64,000 bases of DNA from Bigelowiella natans CCMP2755. Taxonomy: Eukaryota; Protista; Cercozoa. Position 1 is the stretch's first letter. Each line of letters begins with the position of its first letter. Both the position numbers and the translations under genes were made by a program. Under the pieces are notes generated by a model, which saw only the letters and a list, made by a program, of their open reading frames with translations, did not search any database and was not told the DNA's origin. The stretch covers positions 1 to 64,000 of the forward strand of contig ADNK01002596.1 of assembly GCA_000320545.1 (NCBI GenBank), in the 5' to 3' direction. Of this stretch, positions 40,157 to 53,164 are shown piece by piece.

Positions 40157-40439
40157 AAGCTGAGAGGAAAGGAGGAAAAAGAAGCAAAAAAGAAAGAAAA
40201 AAGAAAGAAAGTGACTTTGTTGAACGACTGCACCTCCAAAGTGTTTTTTTTTTTTTTTTCAATGAAAACTGCATTTCCAAAACATGACAAGATGTTTGCA
40301 AAGCACGAAATGCAATGCCTCGAGCTAAATCTAGCGAGCTAGCGAGGGCTGATCTGGAGCATGACATGATCACTGAGCATGACGTGATCACTGTGCTGCA
40401 ATGTGCACCATGAGCACATGGCAACTCATTCATGATGAA

Positions 40440-40930
40440 AGGGTAGTTCCAGCCTGGACCTGCAGCGACTCCTTTCCCTTTCCACCTTCAACAGGAAGCA
40501 CTTGACAGGATCACACAGCTCTGTCAATTCTTGCGTCTTCCAACTTGGATCCTGAAGGCATCCCAAGCAAAACTTTCACCTTGTGCCTGTCATTGCCATC
40601 TTCAAAGGCCATCCTGTTCTGCGGGTTGGATGAACCTTGGGCGATCCCAACTTTGCGCATCATGACATCTCGGTGCACAGCAGTGTGGCGACAGTGTGGA
40701 AGAAGGTGATGAAGATCTTCAACGGCGCCGGAACAGCACAAGCAACAACATGCATCCACAGTGGGTAGGCAGTGAATTCTAGCAATGTGGGAAGCAGTGC
40801 CGTGCACTCCAGTCCTTGCCTTGAACTTGAGTAGAGTGCCAGCGTTGTCCTGCCATGGTGTTGAAAGAAAGAAAGAAACTTTGCTTAGATCTAGATCTAA
40901 CGACTGCATCTCCAAAGGAAATGGAAACGA
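40440..40930 (-). mobile_element. 3' fragment of a non-LTR (LINE) retrotransposon ORF2 (C-terminal zinc-finger region), frameshifted
   Basis: STPWQDNAGTLLKFKARTG...CCLCCSGAVEDLHHLLPHC...KVKVLLG...IDRAV, then VKCFLLKVERERSR in a shifted frame. This fits the LINE C-x2-C...E-x3-H-x4-C zinc knuckle and the following LLG...AVK.FL tail. Confidence 0.75.
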
Positions 40931-41419
40931 AGGAAACGAAATGAGGGTGTTGGGGAGGCATAATTGGGACAAAATTAGCTTCATTTGTCGCATGAGACAT
41001 AATGATGTGGCGAATATTTTCCAACCTATTTGCATTACCGGTATGTTGATAATTTTCGTAATAGCTCCTTGTCTCAAAAGGTGCGACAATATGTTTGGCT
41101 ACGTTTCTCATCATTGAGAAGGCACGAGAGTAGGCTTTTCGACAGGAGAAAAGGAACCTATCAAACTAGACGGTCGTTCTTTTTATTACGACATTAAATA
41201 TTAGACACATGATTTATTTAATTCAGGTAGTTCTTACAACACATCAGGTATTTTGCAATCCCTAAGTCTGAAACGAAGCAAGTGGGAGTGGTAGGTCCTC
41301 CCCCCCTCATCATGCTTCTTCCTACTGAAAATGTCTGTAACATTCATCAGGATTGAAGAGAGCGAACATCCTCGATCTGCTCTCTCCCTCCCCCTTCTCA
41401 TCAAGACTTTGGTCTCAGG

Positions 41420-43061
41420 ATGAAGGGCGTGTTGATTTTTGCACTTCTTCTCGTTGCTCCATACATCGATGCCAACGTCCACACAGAGTCACGAGAACCG
41501 AGCTATGAGGATATTGGAAATGAAACCAATAGCACACAAAAGTATAGGACGTCAGTGAATAAGAAAGGCGACGATAAGAAAGATATGAGGAGATCACACT
41601 TAGATAGTGGAAGCTCCAGTAGAGAACCAGTCCCGAGTAGAAGCGATTTAGGGTATGGAACACCTAAATAGCCAAATTGCCTCCTTATTTTTAACCTAAA
41701 GTGCTATCTCTATAGAATCATCAAGTTTTCTACCTCCTCAGCATTCTCTCTCTCTCTCTGAGTGTGCTCGCTTGTTTCTCTTCTCAGAAAAAAAGTCTCC
41801 TCAAGCCGGAAAACTGCATCTCCCTCATTTCCTTCATCTCCATCATCATCGTCTTCATCATCCTTTCCAAAGAATTCTCCACCAATATCTGCGTCCGAAC
41901 CCCCGAGAGGGACTTGTAAAAGTGAGAAATACTGAAAATGTTAAAATATCTTAGTCTAACAACGTAAAAAATAGATTGTTAAGGTATCTCGCTTTAGTTT
42001 TTCATTGGTCATATTTTGTCGCAAGATTTGTACAGTTACATACGTAAATATTCGAACCATTGCTCCAATCTACCTCAACAGAAGATATATTTATTTATCA
42101 ACGTTTAATGGACGTAGGTTACGAATGCGTTGTGATGATTACATTTGTGTTTAGTGCTCGATATCACACCGTCGGTGACAACATGTGGAGTCATTGCCGG
42201 AGCTTTAGTCTTTTTTGGTCTTCTCACTACATTCTGGGTGAGAATGATCTCTCGTCACATCCACTCATGCTGTTAAGTTTTCGCAATTAAGTGGGACTGA
42301 CACAAAGTTTCTACTAATTGTCAGGACACTAGATCTCCAGTAACTCTCGGGTTTTGGGTCGGCTTTGTTCTTGCCAATATCCTAATGCTCGTTGTTTCGA
42401 GGGAGGTCATCCATAATCATCATCATCGTCATCATAATCATCATCACCATTTCGTGATAATGAGAACAATTTAATAATCACAATTATTAGGTGTTCCAAA
42501 TCAAAGATGACGACTTAATACTTCTATTTGGGATAATAGGTTATTATTTCAAAAGCAGCAGCAGCAGCGGCGGCGGCAGCAGTTAATGCATAGCATGTTG
42601 CAAGCTCTTGACAGTTGTTCACTACATCAAACTTGACACCCTCAGTTGTTATTTGCGAGATGCGGAATGAACCAATCATAAAGGGTCTTAACAATGATAT
42701 TATCTGATGACATTTTTTTATCATCCTATCAGCTGGTATGATAGTTGGAATAGCGTCAACACGGGTGCTATGGATTGCACATAGTCTTTCAGCAGTTACG
42801 GTATTACATAGAGCAAGATTATGATGATAATTATTCTCTTCTTCTATCTTCCTAGATAAATCCTCCTCCCTCCTCCTCCCCCTCCTCTTCCTCCTTCCAT
42901 ATGCAACCACCACCACCACCACCACCACCACCACCACCACTACCAACCACAACAGGTGACAGGACTTCTGGTCTACTGTGGCATTACCTTCGGGCCCTTT
43001 TTTGCAAAAAAGGTAGTATTGTGCTGGATTAGTAAATGAAGTTACATTATTATGATGACTC

Positions 43062-43103
<42 letters not shown>

Positions 43104-43919
43104 AGAGAATTAGAGGAGTTAATACGATATAATATAATATTATATTTCTGTGTTGCATTATGCGTAAATATTAAAAGAAACATGAAAGTACTAAGTGTTC
43201 TTCTGATGTATGATCGTTTGACAGTTTGGAAATCACTGGTGGTTATGGGCAGCTGCGTTTGTGCTGGTGAGTGAGGAATCATCGTGCCATGCTTCTTTAA
43301 CACTGTTTTTCCGCTATTTGCTTTGGGTCAGACCATCATGATTCTTTTTGGTTGATTGGTGTTATCGCTTATATAATAGGCACTACCTGTTATCATCTAT
43401 GGATGGGCTTTGTATCGGTTGGAATGAGAAAATCATAAAGAGATTATGATCATGATGATGATGATATTGTTTTCGGTTTATCTACAAAAATTAGAAACAT
43501 AAATTCAACGGCATTCTTTCGTAAATATAATGCTTCCCAATGCGAATACACTATCCACTGGAGGAATAAAATAAAACAAAATTGAAAAGATACGACGACT
43601 TGTTTTTTGAGTTGTATTTAATTTCACGCAAATTCTGACGAATATGTATGTATTTATGTGTGTCGGTGCTACCCCTTCCTGTTAATCAAGTGTAATGGCC
43701 TTCGTGGCAAAGACTGCATTTGGTACCACTACTACTACTTCTACTAGTACTACTACGATCTGCTTTGTCTTAGTGTGGTATGAACCATGTTCTGATGCTC
43801 ACGTGCATACCACAAATACAGGAGCTTTGCTGGTGACAATTGGCATGGAATACTTCGTGCTCTCTTACTCTACAATGGTGATAGATTGATACTTGATCTA
43901 CCTACCTTTTGGATGATTG

Positions 43920-43955
<36 letters not shown>

Positions 43956-44866
43956 CGCTTATAGAATATCGAGCAGAGGGTTCCTCTCCACGCTCTCTTC
44001 TTGGAACAATCGATGTAGTAATGGTGATAAATTTATTAGTTAAATCGAAGCTTTTCGCTGCTACGTCTTCTTGATGGCTCTCACCCAGGTCTTGTTGTTA
44101 TTCTTATTAGTACTAATAGTCACTATTTTGAAAATCTTCACTGATATCTTATGCTGTTCTTCTTGTTTTTGTTGTTGCTGTTGTTGTTGTTTTAGACGAA
44201 TGCCATGGATCTACGTGCATATTAACGCTGTGCTTTTGGCTGGTCATTGATAACAACACTTAACTGTGATCTTTCATCATATTGATTATGTTTAGCATCT
44301 ACTACTCGTGTGGTTCTGTTTTATTCTATCTCATTTAATAACCGTTCCTACCGTTACTAGGTTTTGACGTTGATTGGATCATTCGTTCACAACGTATGTA
44401 ACAGTGTGTTGCATTCAAGAGAAGAAGAAGAAGAAGATATAGTAGTAGATATTAAAGGAGGCTACTCCTGCAGCAGCATCCATCTACGCATGAAAAAACA
44501 AGCATAGTAGAAACTCAAATACATGGATTGCTGCTGTTTTTTTTTATAATACGGGGGGAGGAGTAAGAGGAGGAGAACGCTTGAGTAGTCATTGATGTGG
44601 TAGCATCTTTCAAATTTCCAACGATGACGAGATATGTGTATATGTGTATATACATATATCCGGGTCCTTCTACCATAGTTTGGTGCTGTGTTTCTCCCCC
44701 TCCACCACCTCTTGTCCTCATGTCTCTTCTTTCACGCCTTCTTGCAGTTCGGAGTTGTTTCTGACGAAAGATCTATGGCCAATCGTATCAACGGGATGGC
44801 TGTAGGACCAAGAGGAGGAGGAAAAGGTGAGTAATTACTCGTACCTTCAAGTGCAGCGGTGTATAC

Positions 44867-44902
<36 letters not shown>

Positions 44903-45847
44903 CTTCAATAGTACTGGACACCATGAGCACCAAATAGGAAAGATGAATCAGCAGCACATGTCGTCGTCAGTGTGTCACTGACTCAGTCGCCAACATGATA
45001 ACAACAGCATGCATGATGATGATTATCACCATGATACATCAGCATTACCATCATTATCATCATCGTACAGAGCGTGTATAATAGTATACACGGTTGTTTG
45101 ATGTTCATTCACAGATATGCCACTACTACAATACTAGTAGCGTAGAATGCCAGCAGTCGCCGCTTAACGTTGGTGGTTCTCTTTTCCACCACCTCCTGAT
45201 ATTACTGAGCTATTGTTATAGTTATATGACTACTGTCGTCGTGATGTACTATGTAGATGTTGAGGCTCAGAGCGATAGGAAGCGTAGTAACCTAAATGGC
45301 AATGGGAATCATCCTCATCCTCATCATGGATCTAGAGGGGGAGGAGGAACACCAGGAGGGGCAGGACGAGCGCCGAGACCGTAATAATAACAATGATTTA
45401 AGTGATATTTAGCACAAATGATTATCATGATCATGATGATGCTTAGGAGGGAGGGAGGGGAGTGTGAGATAGATCTTCCTGGGCTGTTTATCACCTCCTT
45501 CTTCGTCTCAGAATGCAAACAACTCATGATTTCTTTTTTCCTCTCTCTTTAGGGGCGAAAGGGTACCGCTGAACTACACAGTGAATCCGTAATAATAAGA
45601 TTAACACGATGATACTAAACATCATGAATCCGTAATGACAAGATTAACACGATGATACTAAACATCATTGAGATCAAAAAGGGGACAAAATAGGGGGTAT
45701 ATTGACAGGTTCGTTCTTTGATGACAATTCTTCTCTTTATTCAGGGGATATGATTCTTTGGATGATGAAGGACGCGTCTATGGGGCTGGTCCCGTAAGAG
45801 GAGAGGATCTTTTCCCAGTTGGCCATAATGGCGAAGCAGATTATTAA
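41420..45847 (+). CDS. Signal peptide + Ser-rich ectodomain + ~7 TM helices, TMEM198/TM7SF3 (DUF4203)-like membrane protein
   Basis: MKGVLIFALLLVAPYIDA signal peptide. TM exons TTCGVIAGALVFFGLL, VTLGFWVGFVLANILML, AGMIVGIASTRVLWIAHSLSAVT|VTGLLVYCGITFGP, GALLVTIGMEYF (cf. DUF4203 GAY...G.DYF), TCILTLCFWL|VLTLIGSFVH. Ends GYDSLDDEGRVYG...EADY-stop. Confidence 0.6.
45582..45667. repeat. 43-bp tandem duplication in an intron
   Basis: tgaatccgtaat(aat/gac)aagattaacacgatgatactaaacatca twice (45582-45624, 45625-45667). Confidence 0.9.
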
Positions 45848-46059
45848 GCGATGAAAAGATGCTATACAATAACCAGCAAAATTTTATTCACATACAAATT
45901 TATACATTAAGTGTTGATGAATCATCATTGTACCAAAGCTTCTTTGTTGAGGTGTAGATGTTATGTTATACTTTAAGAAAGATGGGACTCCCTCCCCTTA
46001 TTTTTGCACCCATGCAACGTTTGGTGTATTGGCAGATGATGTGTCTAAGCTGCTATCGA

Positions 46060-46810
46060 TGCCTTGATAAATGCCTGATCCTGCTGCAAATTAACATCTA
46101 GAACATGCAATGATGCAATGTGTGCACTTCTAGACTTTATAACTTACTGCCAGCACGTAGCACATTCGTGCAGTCGCTTGTCGCAGGCTGATGTGCGCAT
46201 TGTACGTCTCTATGTACTACGAATGTGTAGATGCTGTGCTCTCATACTGATCTGTAGTTCTTGCACATGCTAGCACCTGCAATACCATTGCAAGCTAGCG
46301 AGCTAATTAGCTAACAATAGGTGTATAGCTAGAGCTTTACGATGAAACGTCATTTGTATTGCTGCTCGGCTTCTTGTCGCTGCAAAATAGTTTGCATGCT
46401 AGACTAAAATGCCACGATCATTGCTAAAATAAAGGTTGTGGAATGTTTGAAGTTTCCTGCGCTACACAATGCACTTAAAGTGCATTGTACATCGTCACAG
46501 GTCAACACACATGAGACGGATGTAATGATTAAGTAAAATTTGTTCTATAGTCATTGTAATGTAGCTATGCAAAGGCACGGCTACAGCCTAGACAGCGCTT
46601 AAGTTGTACTTGTCTGTTTCAGCTACTACTATACGATGTTAAGCATGCATGTGAATGCAAGAGGTCGCATGCTAGCATGTGTCGAGTTGTGCGCGCAGCA
46701 GAGCTCGTTGCTATTTCTTCCTTTGTACATGTATGTATGTATATATATACACATGCATAGACTCCACTACGTCTAAGCAGATATACGTTAATCTAGACAT
46801 GTAATATTTT
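46060..46810. mobile_element. Degenerate repeat island with the shared core motif, between convergent gene ends
   Basis: catgagacggatgtaatga...ctatagtcattgtaatgtagctatgcaaaggcacggctac (~46510-46584); catgcatgtgaatgc...gtcgag...cgcgcagc also resembles ~26877-26935. Confidence 0.65.
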
Positions 46811-47087
46811 GTGATTTACACTTGAACATAGCTAGATAGTGTTCGAGCTTAATAAAGGCTATCTTTAAAATTCTGCTATGTTGACAGCTATAGATAATAA
46901 TAAAGAACAAAAAACTTGAAAATCTTTTGCGTCTAAGAAATTATACACGCCCTGTATTGATAATATTGCAGCATCATGACTATGCAGAGAGGAATTCCCA
47001 TTCTCTTTGGTATCATCTTCAGCCTCTGTTTTTACATAATTATTTGCTGCTGCTCCTTTCTTCATCGTATCGCTGCGGATTTGGGAC

Positions 47088-48326
47088 TTAAGGAGGATTC
47101 ATGTGTAGATCCCTACTTTGTGGCATGAGGTCGTACGTACTCTTTGGTTTCTCCAGTTGCTGTTTAGTAGGCATAAGGTCATAACTACTGCTTGTCGTTC
47201 CCAATAATAATGCCCTGTCGTCTTGCAATTTATGCTCATTGTTGTCCTCAGAAGTAGTAGCAATTTTATCAGAGATGCTAGCTTTCTGGTTGGCGATGCT
47301 TGCACTTTCGAGCACAGCAGCAGTAGCAGCAGCAGGATGAGGCATTTGGTCATAAAAACTGCTGTAATTATCGTCAAACCCACCACTAATGTGCTTCTTT
47401 GTTGACTGAGTTTGAATGTCACCATTAGCAGCAGCAGCAGCAGCAGAGGTAGTAGTAGTTGTTATATCACTACCGCCTGGTATCTCAATATTGTTGACCA
47501 GACGAATAATTTCCTCGATGCTAGGTCGCTTGCTGCTGTCCTCTTGGAGGCATCTTTCCATACACGCTTTAAATGATGATGGTAGTTGTAATGATTGTAA
47601 TGAGCTACTGCTGCGGTCGTTATTTCCACATTTATATTCGTCGCCTTCATCAAAGCCAAAGACTTGTAAATAGCGCCAAAGAACGCCGAGGGAGAATATG
47701 TCACCCTTTAATGGGTTATAGTCGTCGTTGTTATCAATTCTGTCAAGACCTTGCAGGTCCAGCAATTCAGGAGCATTCCACGTATCGTTCAGGTAGTGCA
47801 AGCACTCGAATCTAAGACAACAAGATTATATGCTAATTGTTTATCAACTGTTTAATATAAAACAAAGTGCACATATTAAGTCATACTGTTTGTGCAGAAA
47901 AAGTTCCACCACCTATTGTTTAACTACTACTACAACTACTACTACTACTACTACTACTAATATCTATTTGTTGATGTAACAGTTATTATTATTCCAAATT
48001 AGAGCAGTACAGCCATAACATTTGTACTATCAACATGCTAGTAGGGGGAAATCTGTCAGAAACGATCTTTTGATTTGATTCTCCGTTGCTGCTAGTTATT
48101 TCATCGGTTATGCTCGTTCTTACTAGTTGTCTTTGCGCAAGCAAATTCACTCATGTTTTCGCATGCATGGTTGATATCTCTATGATAGATATGAGGGCTA
48201 GTACCGGAGGCGCTTTGATTCACCAACACGAAATGCAGAGCCAAAACTGGAGATTTTGGGAACCGCGTGCTTTGTAACATCTACAACAGGGCGTTTGCTG
48301 ATGCTGTTGCTGCTGTTGTTGGAATG

Positions 48327-48362
<36 letters not shown>

Positions 48363-49223
48363 CGACGACGACGACGAAAACATAAGTATACTCTGTGGGT
48401 TGATGTTGTGATGCACGATGCGGTGAGCGTGGAGATGAGCAATTCCTTTGCATATTCCACGGAAGACACGAAGGGCGAACCGTCTATACTCCTCGTAGTT
48501 GTTGTTGTTGTTGTCGTCGTGATCAGTGTCATCATGAGCTCTTCGCTTAATCTTTCCCCTTTGTTTCCTCTTCTGTTTTTGGATGTGTGCCCTATACTTA
48601 CTCTTCTTGAGCGCTATGTTTGAGTAGTAGTAGCAAAGGAAGTCGCACAACGCGCCGTATGGTGCAAAGGGGAGAATCAACCCTCTAACAGATTTGCTAC
48701 TGTTCTCTCTTGTGGAAAAGATTACATCTACTGGGGAGACGACACTTGGATGTTCAGGCAGCTGCAGCATCATAATTGAGACCTCTCGGTCAAATATCTT
48801 GAGGTGCTGTGGATGGTACATCTTGGCGACAAACTTGCCGATTAAGGCATTATTATTATTAGCATTATTACTACTACTATTAATCCTATGCTTGTGATTG
48901 TCGTATGCTGCATGCACAACGTAAAGATCACCGAACCATCCTCGAGCAATGCGGTTGTGTATAGTGTACATACTGCCTGATTGTCCAATGATTTTATTAC
49001 CAGAAACGAGATTGATCAACGATGAGGAAGAAATGGAGTGCAAGGCTGAAGAACGAGGAGAAGATGGTGATGAAGTAGAAGAAGCAGCCAAATGAGAAGA
49101 TGAGGATCTTAAGGAGGAGGGTGATATAGAAGCAGCTCGTGTCCTAAAACAGGTCATACAGAAGACAGGTATGATTATGATTGTGATGATAATTATGCTT
49201 CTGATGATGATGAGGAGGAGGAG

Positions 49224-49305
<82 letters not shown>

Positions 49306-50808
49306 CGTGTGTGTACGCATCAACCATTCATTAATTAAATGTAGCGGGTATTTCGGTACTACTACATGTATGATCAAAGCAGCAGCAGCAGCAGCATCTA
49401 AATACTACTACTACTAGTAGTAGTAGTAGTAGTACATCAATGCAACAGCTCTTTTCTTCTCCTAAGTGCCATGCAGAGGGTTAATGGCGATTTGTACACC
49501 AGCAAGACGTTGCTTGCTGACTATGAAATTAGAAATGGATCTTCCTCTTGTTAATGATGCGGAGGAGGAGGAAGAGGAGGTGCAGGAGGACGCTGTATCT
49601 GTTGTTGCTGCTGCTGCTGCTGATAACAGTGATGTATTTGTATCATCGTTCTTGGCTTGAGTGTTATTATGGTTTAGACAACGTCGAGAAGACGATTTGG
49701 AAGCAGGAGAAGAAGAAGATGTAGGAGTAGAGAGAACATCATCTAATAATGATGATGATGATGCTTTCCTCGCCTCTGGGATCTACAGTAGTAGTATCAT
49801 TTTTATCATCATCAATCATTGTTACTTACAAACATTACAGTATTGTTAATTTGTATTTCACGATGATGATAGCTAGGTATGTTGCTTAAAGGAGATATAT
49901 CTCTATCTAACTACCTTTTCATTGAGTAGTACTGCTGCAGAGGGACGATTGTCAGGATCTTCGCTTAGGCAAAGGCGAATGATTGATGCTATCGTTTCTG
50001 GCACATTTGCGGGGACCTACTCGAGTTATGAGTGCTCGTTTGTTTGTGATAATGTGTTACTGTTATATGTGTTATCTAAACGACACTTTTACGAATGTTA
50101 ACGAATATTATCACTGTTTGGAAGATGAATACCAAGCGACAGGCGGAAAAGTGAGATTTTAGCTGTTATTACTATTGAGAGAAGGACTGTGTAGGTTATA
50201 CATTATTGCATCTGATTTGTTACAACAACGACTAATGAATTTGATATATACGCTGCTACTGCTGCTGCTGCTGCTGCGTGCGCGCGTGCGTGCGTGTGTG
50301 TGTGTGTGTGTGCGAAGAAAGGCAGCAGCAGCATCATAACCTTAAATCTTCTTCTCTGCTTGCTTCCAATTCCACCTTCTCCTCCTCCTCCTCCTCCTCC
50401 TCCTCCTCCTCCTTCATTTATGACCTCGAAGCAAGCAGGGAGATTGCCTTTGGTGTGAAGCTATATACCATCAACACATAAACACACACAGATAAATATA
50501 TTCCACACGTAGTTAATATTATCCGTTAAAATGAGAACGACGTTCAAGTAAACCATGTATCATCGTAACTTGCACGATATATCTACAATGGTTGCGAATA
50601 TGTTCATGACGAGACTAGAAGGCAATCATCACTGTTACTGCTGTCAAACGCTAAAGCTACTACTGCTACTGCTACTACTACCACCACTACTACACTACAA
50701 ACATCTATTCCACCGACCTCTAGTAGCGTGACACCGAACATCCATATATCTGACTTCTGCGAGCACTTGCCACTTGCAAAGTACTCGGGAGCTGAATGCG
50801 AAGCACCA

Positions 50809-50851
<43 letters not shown>

Positions 50852-51050
50852 TAAACTGCTTTTACGCAGATTGAGTAGGAGTGTGGTAGTAGAGTAGTAG
50901 CAGCAGCAGCAGCAGTATAAGTGCGAGCACCTGCAGACCAGTGAAGATGGCTGCTTGAACCACTCGTCTGATACTAACAGAGGAGGGAGCGAGGGAGGGA
51001 GGGAGGGAGGGAGAGAGGGGTTGTCAAGCAATAGAAGAACAACAAGAGCA

Positions 51051-51096
<46 letters not shown>

Positions 51097-52360
51097 CTGG
51101 CTCATAACAGGAACCTACCACCACCACCACTTCCAACAGCGGCAGCATCAGCCTGACCTGTTTTGATTCCTCGAGAATTGCGGAGGAAGAGCTTCGTCGT
51201 ATAACACGCGTCTGACCGTAGTCTCCAACCACCACCTGATTCAAGAGATAATCACCATCGTGTTACAGTTTACTCTTGAATCAAAAAGAAGAAGAAGAAG
51301 AAGGCAATAATGAGAGCGACGATGATGATGACAATGATGGTAATGCTGGTAGTTGCATAGAGGAAGGAGGTGAGTCTCACGTTGCCGTCCTTTTCCATAC
51401 TGATAATAATAATAATAATACACAAACAATGATAACAATTTCAGTACCAGTACTAATGTGCAGATTAAGGAAGACGAGGAGAACTTACAAGCAATTTCTG
51501 CATCCAAGGTCTCTATGGATCATATCAGCTTCATGAAGGTGTGCCAGGCCACGGCATATGTCTTCACTTATCTCCAAGAAACGCTTCTGCTCGCACATTT
51601 CATACCTGATAAGATGATGATGATGATGATAAGATGATGATGATGATGATGAGGAGGAGGAGGACGAGAAGACAACTTATCAGACTTACACGACTTTGAC
51701 GACTTACATAAATACAATATACTACCTATGATACAGCTGATCCAAGCTTCCAAGCTCACAGAATCTTGTGACTATACAAAGCCTGTCGCTTTCCTCTTTT
51801 CCTTCTTCTTCTTCTTCTTCTTCTTCTTCTTCTTCAATACTATTCCTTCTCGGGCCACTTCTTCCTACCATAACCCCCTCCTGGATCTCTCCTGATTTCT
51901 TTTCTCCGCCCCTGCTTCTTCTTCTTCTTGTTGTTGTTGTTGTTCTTCTTCTTCCTGAATTGCGTCCTCCTCCCCCTACTTTCCACTTGACTACTCCGAT
52001 AAAATCAACCACGTTTCTGTGTGGCTTTAAGGCCGCCATGGCCTCTAACTCTTCCCATTGGTGAATATAATTTGTGGAGATCCGAGGAACCTATTGTATC
52101 CAAAGCACTACCATATCATCGCTATTCAATACCATCATCATTAGCCACTTATCACCATCTTAATAACAACGGTGATGCCGTCTACCACTTTACAATTTCT
52201 AACATTTTTCTCGATGGCAGCCTCCTCCTGTGTCTCTGGCTTGCCTCTAGGCTTTTCATTGTCACCGCTCTTACCCGTTGGCTTGTCGTGCAGTGGTAAG
52301 AATGCCTTGTAAGTTTGACTAAAATGACCACCTCCCAATAACGATACATCCGTAAAGCAT
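47088..52360 (-). CDS. Tandem kinase protein: N-terminal TK/TKL-type kinase domain + C-terminal pseudokinase domain (5' exons probably extend to ~53000)
   Basis: Domain 1: LGGGHFSQTYKA...TVVIK...EAMAALKPHRNVVDFIGV...IVTRFCELGSL...ICRGLAHLHEADMIHRDLGCRNC...VVVGDYGQT...SHSAPE...KSDIWMFGVTLLE...IRLCLSEDPDNRPS. Domain 2: IARGWFGDLY...FVAKMY...PEHPSVV...LILPFAPYGAL...ICKGIAHLHAHRIVHHNINPQSIL...KISSFGSA...WNAPE...KGDIFSLG...RCLQEDSSKRPSIEEI. Confidence 0.87.
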
Positions 52361-53164
52361 TCAGGAGGGACAATTAAAACCTGTCATGCAATAATTGTAA
52401 TCATAAGCAGAATGTCATCACTGTCATCATATCCCAATCATTGATGTTATTTCAAGCCGTTTTGTGGTAATAGTTCTTATTTCTACTTTCTCGTTGCGTG
52501 GAACGTACCCTCTCTCTTTCCCGTCGCTCCTGCTCCTCAATGGAATCGGTGGTCTCTCCTCCTCCAAGAACTCTTTCTAAATGATTCACTACGGCATGAT
52601 GACTTAAGCTGGAGGGTAATGATAACGACGACTTCCATGGAGAGAAGCTTGAAACGTCAAGCCCATGTCCTCTTCTGAGTTATTACCACAACCAACAAGC
52701 CCGATGGAGGGCAAATTAATTGGGTTCGAATGAAGGTGTAGCTATATAAGTGCGCTCTCCTCCATCTTCTTTAGTAATCCTGAAGCACAAACCTCAAGTG
52801 AATTGTTCTCATATTACGCCGCCCTGCAGAAGCCCTCCCAAGGCCATCCCTTCCCCCCCTCCCTCCTCGCTTCCGAAACATGGGCAATGGGATGTATAGC
52901 TTTGATTTGGGCAGAAATGATTAGATATATGTTCGATATCATTTCAGTCCAATATGAGTATAATCGGCAACAGTCGTGCAGATCGTCGCATGTGAGCACT
53001 CCCGAAGTAGCTTCCCTTACGACTATCTGTTGTCGCAAGTACGGAGAGGATGTGATTTAGTATACGACGTCGTACATCTTAGGATGTCGCACAATACGAA
53101 TACAAGCAGATTTCCTGATTTCTGAGGTCGACGCCAGCCCCTTCGATCCATCAGCAATTCCGCC

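Noticed and set aside
52640-53030. Possible SH2-like (IVVREATSG) or LRR-like (LHLHSNPINL) motifs upstream of the kinase, which would strengthen a JAK analogy
   Set aside because: Only short fragments, no consistent splice frame and no further family motifs.
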